From contig JAKJAQ010000001.1 in NCBI GenBank assembly GCA_022707425.1, forward strand, positions 69,089 to 133,088: a stretch of 64,000 nucleotides of DNA. Reading direction: 5' to 3'. The position numbers were made by a program, and so were the translations under genes. Below the pieces are notes generated by a model, which was not told the origin of the DNA, did no database searches, and saw only the letters and a program-made list of their open reading frames with translations. Each line of letters starts with the position of its first letter. Positions within the stretch are counted from its first letter, which is position 1. Below are positions 1-9,359 of this stretch, one piece after another. The stretch is from Candidatus Babelota bacterium. Its GTDB lineage: Bacteria > Babelota > Babeliae > Babelales > JACPOV01.

Positions 1-3000
1 TTTTATTTTTATATAGAGTATGTAACAAAGTTAGAATATGCCGCACTTCTCGCAGCTTACGGTCGGCAACAAAATATTGATGTTACAACTCTTCTAGAAA
101 AATCAACCTGGATAGAATTTGTCGATACATTAATAAAAAAATCTGGATCATTTACTAACCTCATCACAACAATTAATGCAGCAACACTTACCCCTGATTG
201 GCAAGAAGTACAAGGTACCATTGTTGTTTCATCCTGGAAAGATGTTGTAAATACGCCATTTTGGAAAGCTATTCCTGTTACAGCGCAAATGATCATCAAT
301 TCATCTTTTTGGCAAGATTTTTGTAAATACACAATTACTCGTTCATTTTTACAAGATACTTCGATTTTAGAATCAATCTACGAAACCGATCAATCAATTT
401 TTAGATTTATTCCCAATATCGAAGTTGCTTATTATCATCCTGATTTTGTTCAACTAAGAAATGCTGCAGAATTTCATCGCTTACATTTAGTTTTGACAGA
501 TGAAGTTCGTAATCGATTGCTGAGCCAAACAAAAGATTGGTCAACAATTATTAATCAGGCGAGCGGACAATATGATTTAATTAAAATTAATGATCTAGCA
601 ACGGCTTATCAAAAATCAGATTTCTACCAACTTATTTCTATCGCTAATTCTTCAAGTTTAGGTGATCTTACGCAACAAGGATTACAAAAACAATTGCCGA
701 TCAATCTTAATTATGCAAAGCAACCCTTAGTTCAAGAAAAATTACAATGTTTAGCAATGCTGAAAAATTTACAAGCTCAAACATATTATTTATTTGATGC
801 AACTCATCTTGATCAAACCATGAAATTATTAACTAATACAAAGAATATTCCTTCACCTTCACTCTTTCTCTACACAGCTGATGATTATGTTTATTTGGAA
901 GATTTGGATCGTTTACTTACAAATTTTAAAGATGCAGCTGCACAAGAAACCGCAAATCCTTCCGCAGCGTTACAAATCGTGATGAATTCTCATACCAAAT
1001 TTAACAATGATGAATTAGTAACGGTTCAGGATTTTGGATCATGGATCAGTGGATTATGGAATGATATTAAACAAGCAGGGCAAGATGTTTGGCAAGGGAT
1101 GCAAGACTTTGGAAAAACAGTAGTTGATGAAGCAGAAGCATTGGGTTATGGACTTGCCGGTGCGTTTGTGGGCGCAATTGATCCAAATAAGGCAAAAGAT
1201 TTCGTTCAAAAATCAAAACAGTTACAACAAGATGTTTCTAACGATATTTCAAATACTATCCAAGATGCGCAAAATGTCATTAATGATACAGCAACAGTTG
1301 CTAAAGATGTTACTTCAGGTGCCGCTTCACTTGTAGGAACCGTATTTTCAAAAATTGATGACAAATTAGGAAAAGATATTGAAGGAGCGCTCGATGCTGT
1401 TGCAGATCGCGTTATTGATTTTTATGCGGACATGCAACATGTTGTTGTGGCTTATGAAGGTGGCATCGTTCGCTTAACTGCTGATGCGGTAAATTATGCA
1501 ACAACAATAGTTGCTGACACTGTTGTTGCGGTAAAATCTGGCGATTGGCAAGGATTAGGTCAAGATGCTCTCAATGGACTCAAGAGTATTGCCTATGATG
1601 TAGTAAGTTCTATTATTTCTGTCGGCACATTTATTGTGCAACAAATTGTTGATCAAATTAAAGCACTTGTCAAATTCGCTGGATACATTGTAAGTATTAT
1701 AACTGATTTAACAATTGATACATTCAAAGCTGTATTTAGTGGTTTATCAAGCGCATTTACTGCATTTGGCTGGCAAGGCGGGCAACAAGCTATGCAAACA
1801 GCTTCTGACTGGGTACAAAATCATAGACGATTAATAGAAGCAACTGTCACAACTGGATTGCTTGTTGCAGCGGTTGTTGCCACCGATGGTTTAGCTCTCC
1901 CTGTTCTTGCAATGACGGTAGGCCCTCAACTATTTCAAGTTGCTGGTGGCTATCAGGCAGATGAAAGAGCTGCTGCAAAGAAAGCTGAACAAAAACAATT
2001 TGTGAGTGATTATCAAACATATGTTGCAAACAATAAAATCATTTCTGCAAATGCAAAAGATGCATGGGCTGATGAACTGAGTAAAAAATATCAAGCTCAA
2101 ATTATCAATCAAGAACGAGAACTAGGATTCTACCAAGACTTTCTCCAAACGTACTTTAGTAATATGGAAAACCAAATGTCTTACTATTTAGGACAATCGC
2201 TTGTGCCGCAAATTACACCAGATCCCACATTTGGTGTAATGAGTGCAGATGTTGGTTCTCTCTATGGATGGAACACTGGTGTTTTAAATCTCAATCCATC
2301 ACAAGGATTCCCATTATACAACAATGGAAGACAAGCATTCAGTCAAGAAATTGCTGTTTCACCTGCATTAGCAATTTCTTCTGATGGTCAATCAATTACT
2401 TCTTCAACTCCGCGTAAATTCTGGTTCAATCAAAAAGAAACAATTCCACTTGCACAAGATACGCCAACGGTAGAAATAAAGTGGCGTGCACTTTATACAC
2501 TCAATAGTTTCTCAATTGGGGTTTACTTTGGTGGAGATATTATTGATCTCGATGCAATACGAAAATCTGGATCAGCACCACTTGATGTAAGTCATCTTGC
2601 AAAAATGCTTGTGTACAAAAAAGATAATAAAGATCAACCAACAACTCTTAATCTTTACGAACACGAAGGTAGTGGTTGGTTTGCGCAACCAACTGGCCCA
2701 GATTTTGCAATTGGGCAGTGGTATCATATGCGACTTCAACTTTCAAATAATAGTTTGAGTGTGCAAATATGGAAAGAAGGAACAACCCCTCCTGCACCAC
2801 AAACATTCACAGTTGCACCAACAAAACAACGAACTGTGGGTGTAATTTCTTCAGGAGCATCTATTGAATATCAAATTATCACACCACAAGTGCCTCTTAA
2901 AATAATCCCTAAATTAAGACCATCGGGTGGACTGGGAATTCCAACTGAAAAGCAACGTGAAATTGATGCTCGTAAGCAAATGCAACAACTCACGAATCCT

Positions 3001-3981
3001 GTAATTGGATCATTTAACTTACAATCAATTAATAAACCAGCAATTCTTAGGGGACATTACATTTACACAACAAACGGAACTGGACTCGTTGACGCACAAA
3101 AAAAATCGATAACCGATTATGTAACACTCGGACAAGCTTCAGTTGGTACCCAAGGATCAACAATAATTAATCAGATTGGTATCTCTCCTCTTGTTGCTCT
3201 TGCACCGGGAGCACCGGCACCTGCTCTTGTAAGCTTAATCTCACAAAAGGCTTATGATCAAAATGCAAAACAAATAGCTACTTGCCCTCATGTTCTTGAG
3301 TCATTTGTACAAACAAATGGACAGCTTTCGGATGAAACAGCAAAAACTATAAATTCATTAAGAAATGCTTATGCATCAAATCTTGTTGGACCATTTAACT
3401 TTGGCACCATTTCATTACAAGCAATTAGTGCTCAAGATGTAATTGACGGCCATTACCTCTATAAAGCAACATCTCCTGCGCCGGAACTTCATGATAGCCA
3501 AGGAAATCCTTTAAAAGACAGTACGGGCAATCTTCTTTATGATTATTTCTTAATGAAGACCAGTGATGGAATTCTTGGCGTACCATTTGATACATCGATT
3601 ACTACCATGCGAAGCCTGGTAACAGGATATGAATACAATCGCAACAGCACTTCACCACTTTCAATTCGTTATAATGCGCAAACTACACTAACTGTTTATC
3701 AAAAAAACACTGGCGCACTACCATCTTCGCTTCTCAATGCAATTAATGCTTCAACTACATTCTACCAACAAGCAGTTAAACAAGAGCAGGCTGTTGATCA
3801 AACACAACCAGATACAACTACAACACAACCTGTTGGTGGAGGTAATATCTCAAACCCTGATGGCGGGTACAGTGGCGGCGGTGGCAACCAACAACAAATA
3901 GACCCAAATAATCCCGCAGACCAAAGTATTCAAGACAGAACAGAACAAGCAAGTAGCGGCGATATCTCGTTTGGCGGATAG
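1..3981 (+). CDS. Giant protein of unknown function, 5'-partial (open to the left window edge); probably exported or surface-associated
   Basis: Frame 1 has no stop from nt 1 to the TAG at 3979-3981, so the ATG at 289 in the ORF track is an internal Met. Nt ~1130-1960 encode a long Ala/Val/Asp/Gly amphipathic segment plus hydrophobic helices. Nt ~2410-2890 encode a LamG/ConA-like stretch (...GQWYHMRLQLSNNSLSVQIWKEG). Two ~127-aa tandem modules start at nt 3013 and 3394 (GxFN..LQ.I...GHY.Y...DY). The tail is Gly/Gln/Thr-rich. Confidence 0.6.
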   Translation, partial: FYFYIEYVTKLEYAALLAAYGRQQNIDVTTLLEKSTWIEFVDTLIKKSGSFTNLITTINAATLTPDWQEVQGTIVVSSWKDVVNTPFWKAIPVTAQMIINSSFWQDFCKYTITRSFLQDTSILESIYETDQSIFRFIPNIEVAYYHPDFVQLRNAAEFHRLHLVLTDEVRNRLLSQTKDWSTIINQASGQYDLIKINDLATAYQKSDFYQLISIANSSSLGDLTQQGLQKQLPINLNYAKQPLVQEKLQCLAMLKNLQAQTYYLFDATHLDQTMKLLTNTKNIPSPSLFLYTADDYVYLEDLDRLLTNFKDAAAQETANPSAALQIVMNSHTKFNNDELVTVQDFGSWISGLWNDIKQAGQDVWQGMQDFGKTVVDEAEALGYGLAGAFVGAIDPNKAKDFVQKSKQLQQDVSNDISNTIQDAQNVINDTATVAKDVTSGAASLVGTVFSKIDDKLGKDIEGALDAVADRVIDFYADMQHVVVAYEGGIVRLTADAVNYATTIVADTVVAVKSGDWQGLGQDALNGLKSIAYDVVSSIISVGTFIVQQIVDQIKALVKFAGYIVSIITDLTIDTFKAVFSGLSSAFTAFGWQGGQQAMQTASDWVQNHRRLIEATVTTGLLVAAVVATDGLALPVLAMTVGPQLFQVAGGYQADERAAAKKAEQKQFVSDYQTYVANNKIISANAKDAWADELSKKYQAQIINQERELGFYQDFLQTYFSNMENQMSYYLGQSLVPQITPDPTFGVMSADVGSLYGWNTGVLNLNPSQGFPLYNNGRQAFSQEIAVSPALAISSDGQSITSSTPRKFWFNQKETIPLAQDTPTVEIKWRALYTLNSFSIGVYFGGDIIDLDAIRKSGSAPLDVSHLAKMLVYKKDNKDQPTTLNLYEHEGSGWFAQPTGPDFAIGQWYHMRLQLSNNSLSVQIWKEGTTPPAPQTFTVAPTKQRTVGVISSGASIEYQIITPQVPLKIIPKLRPSGGLGIPTEKQREIDARKQMQQLTNPVIGSFNLQSINKPAILRGHYIYTTNGTGLVDAQKKSITDYVTLGQASVGTQGSTIINQIGISPLVALAPGAPAPALVSLISQKAYDQNAKQIATCPHVLESFVQTNGQLSDETAKTINSLRNAYASNLVGPFNFGTISLQAISAQDVIDGHYLYKATSPAPELHDSQGNPLKDSTGNLLYDYFLMKTSDGILGVPFDTSITTMRSLVTGYEYNRNSTSPLSIRYNAQTTLTVYQKNTGALPSSLLNAINASTTFYQQAVKQEQAVDQTQPDTTTTQPVGGGNISNPDGGYSGGGGNQQQIDPNNPADQSIQDRTEQASSGDISFGG

Positions 3982-4412
3982 CGAACCATACATGTCCAAA
4001 AAAGCATTTCATCGTGCCGCATTGACACAAATCAACCTTGCTGTCTTCAATACTAAAAAATGGAGTCAATTGCGGTGTCTCTCTTTAAAAACGTAAGTTC
4101 TCTACTAAAGAAGAATAAAAGAGATCAATTCATTGATAAGAATAAAAAATAGAATAAGCGTGAGAAGACATTAGTTCATGATTTTTTTCCCTACCGCTAA
4201 GAAGGAATTGTAGTAAAAAAATTATTATCGTGAACTAATGCCCCCTCAACATAGCAGTGCATCTAACCATACTACCTTTAGAAGCAAAACTGCCATAGGA
4301 AGTGCTTTTTAATTTTTTTCAAAGATATCAGGATCTAGTTTTATATATTTCATAACAAAAACAATAAAATTTCTGTCACAAATTTTGCAACAACAAAAAA
4401 TGCTGCAACAAA

Positions 4413-4434
4413 GGGCATATTTCATATGTTGCCC
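4413..4434 (-). terminator. Possible weak intrinsic terminator downstream of the WecA-like gene
   Basis: Hairpin GGGCATAT-TTC-ATATG(TT)GCCC. On the minus strand it is followed by TTTGTT. The T-tract is poor. Confidence 0.3.
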
Positions 4435-4477
4435 GATATTTAAAACAAAAGCAACCGCAAGACAACAATTTAAACAA

Positions 4478-5569
4478 TCAAAGCCAAAACAATCTAAAGG
4501 TACGCAGTAAGAAATTAAAACAAAGAAAAAATAACCAGACCGAAAGAAACAGTACTGATAAAATAACAAATTGAATAAACGATAGTTCATTATAAAGTAT
4601 CAAATATGACCACCAAAAAAGGCTCAAGGAGAGAATAAATATGTAGATAAGAATAGCATTTTTACTCCATCCATTATTTCTAAGATAGAGCGCAAAATGA
4701 TCAGGGCTGGCTTTATAAAACGGAATGCGTTTATAGCTTCGCACCATAATTAAAAAGAACACCTCTAATAAAGGAATCGCTAAAATAATCGCTGGAATTG
4801 CAAAACCATATATATTGTATTTACTCCACTTAAGCAAAAATGGAACCGTGGCTAATATACCCCCAATAAACAACGATCCCGCATCACCTAGATAAATATG
4901 TGCTGGTGGCTTGTTATACCATAAAAATGCGCCCAATGGGCCCAAAAAAGAAGTAAGCAGCAACGCCACTTGCCATTGTTCATTGAGACAAGCAATTATT
5001 AAAAAAGCAATTGTCGATCCAATAGCAATCGTTGATGCAAGACCATCCATGATGTCAACTAAATTAAAAGCATTAACAACTGATAAAATCCAAAGAAGAG
5101 AAACCGGTATACTCCAAAAATTGTTGAGAAAAAAACTTTCTTTTAGATAAAATCCAGAACGCACGAGACAAAATGCAGCAATAAATTGGCCAGAAAATTT
5201 TTGATAGGGCTTCAGAACAACTAAATCATCAATTAAACCAATAAATAATAGCAACGTTGTACCAATTAAAAACAAAACCAACTGATTTTCAAACGAAAGC
5301 GTAAATGAAAGCGAAATGATAAAACCCACAAAAATTGCAACACCACCCAAATAGGGAATAGGTTTTTCGTGTTTCTTGATTCTTCCATCAGGAATATCAA
5401 GAGTTCCCAAGCCGAGCGAATTTAACCGATGTGCAATTGTCGAAAATACTGGAACTAAATACAACGTAATCAGAAATGAAATAGTTAACGCAAAGATAAG
5501 CTTTATTACTATAAGTGTCATGATGCCCTTTTTTACAGGAACAAATTCCCATTTTTGGTTAAAGATCAT
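4478..5569 (-). CDS. Polyprenol-phosphate HexNAc-1-phosphate transferase (MraY/WecA/TagO superfamily, WecA-like)
   Basis: About 10 TM helices. Motifs DIPDGRIKKHEKPIPYLGG, GLIDD, NAFNLVDIMDGLAS and IYLGDAGSLFIG. An alternative start is the ATG at 5521 (MTLIVIK...). Confidence 0.8.
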   Translation of the reverse strand: MIFNQKWEFVPVKKGIMTLIVIKLIFALTISFLITLYLVPVFSTIAHRLNSLGLGTLDIPDGRIKKHEKPIPYLGGVAIFVGFIISLSFTLSFENQLVLFLIGTTLLLFIGLIDDLVVLKPYQKFSGQFIAAFCLVRSGFYLKESFFLNNFWSIPVSLLWILSVVNAFNLVDIMDGLASTIAIGSTIAFLIIACLNEQWQVALLLTSFLGPLGAFLWYNKPPAHIYLGDAGSLFIGGILATVPFLLKWSKYNIYGFAIPAIILAIPLLEVFFLIMVRSYKRIPFYKASPDHFALYLRNNGWSKNAILIYIFILSLSLFWWSYLILYNELSFIQFVILSVLFLSVWLFFLCFNFLLRTFRLFWL

Positions 5570-5749
5570 ACCAAAAACGAAACGAAATACCTAGACACAG
5601 CATAAATTATTATATTCATTCTGTTTCGCCATAAAACCAACTGTTTAAATAAGGAATGAATAACAAATATAGTTCCCGCGGCATTTAAAATCGTAGCTTT
5701 GACTTAGAAAAAGTGCGCTCGATACAACAACTTTTAAACCGTCGTCCGC

Positions 5750-7828
5750 TTATTTATTTTCTGGAACTTCGATGAAACACTCGACGCGATCGTCAACTTC
5801 CCATGTCTCAATTCCATCGGCTAAAAAAGCAAACTCAAATCCTGCATGAACTTCTTTTACCGATTTACGATCACGCTCAAGCCCTTTAATTTTGCCTTCG
5901 CCTACTTTGCGTTTTCCTCGCCACACAATTACCCGCGCATCGCGCAGAAAACGTCCTTCTTTTACATAAGAACCAGCAATAATTCCAATGTTTTTTATAT
6001 CAAAGATTTTCCGTACAACAGCTTCGCCAATTTTTTTTGCAACCATTTTTACAGGTGCAGATTTTTCAAGTCTTTCTTCTAATGCTTCTAACAGCTTATA
6101 AATAATATCATAAAGATGAATGGTAATAGCGAGTTTTTGAGCTTGGGTTGCTGCATTCGATTCAATTCGTACATGCAATCCAATTATTTCGGCGCCAGTA
6201 TCACTTGCCAAAGTAACATCACTTTCAGAAATATCACCGACTCCTGCAGCAATAAGATTGAAAGGCTGTTCATTTTTATCGGCCAATTTCACCAATGAAT
6301 CAATGAGAGCTTCTTGGGTTAATACACTATCAGTTTTAACAATAATGTTTAAACCTTCTCCACCAAAAACTTTTTTTGGTAAAGTCAGTTGAGATAGCGC
6401 AGAACGAGAATCTCTCGCTTTTCTAAAATCTTGCTCACTAACAACTTTAAAAATATCGCCTGCCTGCGCCAATTCAGCAATTCCAGATACTTGAACTGGA
6501 ATTGAAGGCCCTACCAGTTTTAATTGTTGCCCGCTTGAACTGGTTATAGAGGTCACCTTTCCAGCAACTGTACCGGCAACAAAAAAATCACCCACATGTA
6601 ATGTGCCGTGGCGACAAATAATTGTTGCAACCGGTCCACGACCTTTTTCAATTTTTGATTCCAAAACAAAACCGTCAGCTGCTTGTTGTTCATTAGCGCG
6701 CAAATCCATCATCTGAGATTGCAAGACAATCATTTCCAGCAACTGATCTACACCTTGGCCTGTTTTAGCTGAAATGGGAACAAAAATTGTTTGTCCTCCC
6801 CACTCTTCTGGTACAAGGTCATAACGAGTCAGGTCGCGTTTAACAACTTCCAACCGTTGTTTTTCAACTTTATCTATTTTATTAATCGCAACAATAATAG
6901 GAACTTGTGCAGCTTGAGCTGTCTTAATAGCTTCAACTGTTTGAGGCATGACACTGTCATCAGCTGCTATAACAAGAATTGCTATATCAGCGATGTTAAG
7001 TCCACGTCCGCGAATATTTTTGAACGCTTCATGACCCGGTGTATCTAAAAATACTAAACTACCCTGGGGCGTTTCTGCTTGATAGGCACCTAAGTGTTGA
7101 GTGATACCACCTTTTTCTCGAGAAGCAACTCGTGTTTTTCGAATAAAATCAAGTAGTGTGGTTTTTCCATGATCTACGTGTCCAATAACAACAACTATTG
7201 GCTTGCGCACATGTTCCCCAGTTGTAACTGAGATGCGATGCATTTCTTGTTTTTGAACTTGTTGATGAACTAGGGATACGCCAAATTGTTTAGCGAGTGT
7301 TTCAACCATTTTTTCAGAAAGAGTTTGGTTTTTAGCACAAACAACTCCCTGTCTCAAAAGAGCAAGAATTAATTCACTTGAAGGTTTTCCGAATTTATCT
7401 GCCAATTGCCCAACAGTCATCGGTTGTGTTGTAATTTCAATAACCATTGGTTTTTCTTCTTTGATGATTTCTTTTGGTTGAGTAGATAATTTTATTTCAG
7501 CATGTTCTTTATGCTTCAACTCTGAAACTTCTTCTTTTACTTCTACTTTTTTTGTAGGTTCTACTGGTTTAATTGCTAAATTTTTTTGAGCAGAAATTTT
7601 TTCTGTAGAAGTTGGAACTTGCACTTCGATTTTTTTCTCATTTTTAACAGGTTCAGCTGCTGTTTTTTTTGGAGCTTTTTGTTCTTCTAATTTTTTATTT
7701 AAAAATTCTGTAGCCTCTGACGACAGCGCGGCCATATGACTTTTTACTTCAAATCCATTTTGGGAAAGCAACGTGAGCAAATCTTTATTTGAAACGTCGA
7801 GTAATTTGGCAAATTCATAAACACGCAT
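5750..7828 (-). CDS. infB: Translation initiation factor IF-2
   Basis: G-domain GHVDHGKTTLLD, DTPGHEAF and NKID. The N-terminus MRVYEFAKLL is typical of IF-2. A GAGGAT SD lies upstream, and the gene sits directly downstream of nusA. Confidence 0.95.
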   Translation of the reverse strand: MRVYEFAKLLDVSNKDLLTLLSQNGFEVKSHMAALSSEATEFLNKKLEEQKAPKKTAAEPVKNEKKIEVQVPTSTEKISAQKNLAIKPVEPTKKVEVKEEVSELKHKEHAEIKLSTQPKEIIKEEKPMVIEITTQPMTVGQLADKFGKPSSELILALLRQGVVCAKNQTLSEKMVETLAKQFGVSLVHQQVQKQEMHRISVTTGEHVRKPIVVVIGHVDHGKTTLLDFIRKTRVASREKGGITQHLGAYQAETPQGSLVFLDTPGHEAFKNIRGRGLNIADIAILVIAADDSVMPQTVEAIKTAQAAQVPIIVAINKIDKVEKQRLEVVKRDLTRYDLVPEEWGGQTIFVPISAKTGQGVDQLLEMIVLQSQMMDLRANEQQAADGFVLESKIEKGRGPVATIICRHGTLHVGDFFVAGTVAGKVTSITSSSGQQLKLVGPSIPVQVSGIAELAQAGDIFKVVSEQDFRKARDSRSALSQLTLPKKVFGGEGLNIIVKTDSVLTQEALIDSLVKLADKNEQPFNLIAAGVGDISESDVTLASDTGAEIIGLHVRIESNAATQAQKLAITIHLYDIIYKLLEALEERLEKSAPVKMVAKKIGEAVVRKIFDIKNIGIIAGSYVKEGRFLRDARVIVWRGKRKVGEGKIKGLERDRKSVKEVHAGFEFAFLADGIETWEVDDRVECFIEVPENK

Positions 7829-7856
7829 AGATGTATTGTATCCTCAACATAAAAGC

Positions 7857-8927
7857 TTATTCAACTGCTTCATCGACCTGTTCGTCTAGTTCAGCTTGAC
7901 GTTCTTGGGTCGATTTTTCGCTCTGCACAAGGTTAATATTCAAACCTACAAGCTGAGACGCCAGCGCTATGTTTTGTCCCATTTTACCGATTGCCAATGA
8001 TCGTTGATCTTCATCAAGCCAAACTTGTGCTGCTGTTGTTCCCACAAGCTCAACCCTGCTTATAACCGCAGGCTTAAGAGCATCCGCAATCATATCTTCC
8101 ACCGATTCGCGCCAAGGGATTACGTCAATTTTTTCACCACCAAGTTCCTTTAAAATTGGTTTTATACGTACTCCACCGACACCAACACAGGTTCCTACTG
8201 GATCTATGTTTTTTTCATGTGAAACGACGGCAATTTTTGTTTTGTACCCAGGAATACGCACAATTTTTTTAATCTCAACAATTTTTTCAAAAATTTCAGG
8301 AATCTCAAGCTCAAATAATATACGTACAAAATCGGACGATGCGCGATCAAGAATAAGCTGATAATCATTGCGAGGCTCTGTCAAAACTTCTTTGAGCAAA
8401 GCGCGAATTGAATATCCAACAACGCATTTGTCTGTAGGCAAAGATAGAGACCTTGGCAAAAATGCGAGTGTTTCATCTAGCTTGAGCGACATTCCATTGC
8501 GCTCACACTTATGAATTGTGCCATGAACAATCGTATCTTTTCTATCTTTATACTGATTATAAATTGCTGCAGCTTCAACGCCCCTAATTTTTGTAGCAAT
8601 TACTTGTTTTGCGCGTAAAATTTCTATGCGCCCAATTTTCCCTTCAAAGGGTACCCATACCTCTCCACCAATTTCAACGCTCGGGTCAAAAGTACGGGCT
8701 TTTCGCAGAGAAATCTCTATTTCGTCATCACTGACAGTAGCAACAACTGCTTTGCGCACTTTAATTTCTATTTCATCAGTTTTTTTATTATAAGAAATGT
8801 CAAAAGTAAGCTCAGGGAACCGCTTGGTATATGCAGCCATCAGTCCTTCGCAAATAATTGAACTTAAAAGAGAACGATCAAGGCCTCTCTCTTCTATGAG
8901 TTCCTCGATTACTTGTGCAAGTTTCAC
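7857..8927 (-). CDS. nusA: Transcription termination/antitermination factor NusA
   Basis: The N-terminal domain, S1 and tandem KH regions are recognisable (...DPVGTCVGVGGVRIKPILKELGGEKIDVI..., ...LAIGKMGQNIALASQLVGLNINL). GTG start with AAGGAA SD. The nusA-infB order is conserved. Confidence 0.9.
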   Translation of the reverse strand: MKLAQVIEELIEERGLDRSLLSSIICEGLMAAYTKRFPELTFDISYNKKTDEIEIKVRKAVVATVSDDEIEISLRKARTFDPSVEIGGEVWVPFEGKIGRIEILRAKQVIATKIRGVEAAAIYNQYKDRKDTIVHGTIHKCERNGMSLKLDETLAFLPRSLSLPTDKCVVGYSIRALLKEVLTEPRNDYQLILDRASSDFVRILFELEIPEIFEKIVEIKKIVRIPGYKTKIAVVSHEKNIDPVGTCVGVGGVRIKPILKELGGEKIDVIPWRESVEDMIADALKPAVISRVELVGTTAAQVWLDEDQRSLAIGKMGQNIALASQLVGLNINLVQSEKSTQERQAELDEQVDEAVE

Positions 8928-8939
8928 AGGGTTCCTTAT

Positions 8940-9060
8940 GATCCAAAATTAAAATAAGACTTTTTAAGTGTAGCAAAAAATTAAATAAATAAAAGAAGAT
9001 ATCTGATTGTAAGGTGAGAATGCCTATTATTATAATTGTTATAATTCTCTTTCTTTAAAC
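8940..9060. other. Very AT-rich spacer: nusA promoter region and candidate DNA-unwinding element
   Basis: About 120 bp of almost pure A/T runs (aaaattaaaataag..., attattataattgttataattc...) lie between the nusA start and the TAA-repeat/G5/DnaA-box element. Confidence 0.35.
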
Positions 9061-9079
9061 TAATAATAATAAGGGGGAC
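9061..9079. promoter_or_regulatory. DnaA-trio-like element: four TAA triplets followed by a G5 cluster, next to a DnaA box
   Basis: TAATAATAATAA (9061-9072) is followed by GGGGGAC (9073-9079) and, 6 nt later, the DnaA box at 9086-9094. Confidence 0.4.
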
Positions 9080-9085
9080 AAAAAT

Positions 9086-9194
9086 TGTGGATAACTGTGT
9101 TGTTTTTTTAAAGAAAGGGTGGCTCATTCGATATTTTGGCCCAAGCGAGACTTGTGGATAACCTGTGGATAACTTGTGGACAGATTGTGGATAA
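9086..9194 (-). promoter_or_regulatory. DnaA-box array, reverse orientation (4 perfect boxes and 1 degenerate)
   Basis: TGTGGATAA at 9086-9094, 9153-9161, 9164-9172 and 9186-9194. TGTGGACAG at 9175-9183. The last four boxes have an exact 11-bp period. Confidence 0.85.
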
Positions 9195-9304
9195 CTTTAT
9201 ATGCAGATCTTTTTTTAGTTGCATTGACTCCGTAGGAGCTCTAATTAAGATTAAGAAATGCGCATCTCTTGATTTGATCGTTTAATTTGAAAATATAACG
9301 GAAG

Positions 9305-9346
9305 TTATCCACAAGTTATCCACAAGTTATCCACAGGTTATCCACA
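9305..9346 (+). promoter_or_regulatory. DnaA-box array, forward orientation (4 perfect head-to-tail boxes)
   Basis: TTATCCACA at 9305-9313, 9316-9324, 9327-9335 and 9338-9346, with an exact 11-bp period. It is the inverted copy of the 9151-9195 array. Confidence 0.85.
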
Positions 9347-9359
9347 ATTTCTATGCGAA

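Noticed and set aside
57-332. A 91-aa minus-strand ORF at the left edge, plus the other short ORFs inside or antisense to the giant gene (1124-1336, 1847-2029, 1930-2112, 3818-4069)
   Set aside because: They lie entirely within or antisense to a long open frame with coherent protein-like composition. They have no SD and their sequences are Cys/Phe/Leu-rich, as is typical of out-of-frame translation of AT-rich DNA.
3982-4477. tRNA, tmRNA, SRP RNA or RNase P RNA in the long intergenic gaps (3982-4477, 8928-9359, 12785-13051, 15904-16257, 57425-57646)
   Set aside because: I could find no GTTCGAATC-type T-arm, no acceptor/CCA context and no SRP or RNase P conserved boxes by eye. Only the unexplained stem at 4169-4240 is reported as a finding.
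4309-4590. A 93-aa minus-strand ORF overlapping the 3' end of the WecA-like gene
   Set aside because: It overlaps the well-supported WecA-family CDS in another frame, and its Cys/Phe-rich sequence is implausible. The region 3982-4477 is better treated as non-coding.
9086-9346. Could the short periodic repeats be a CRISPR array or a generic tandem repeat?
   Set aside because: The repeat unit is 11 bp, with only 2-nt gaps and no spacers. The unit is the exact DnaA-box consensus, and the two halves are in inverted orientation. No cas genes are present in the window.
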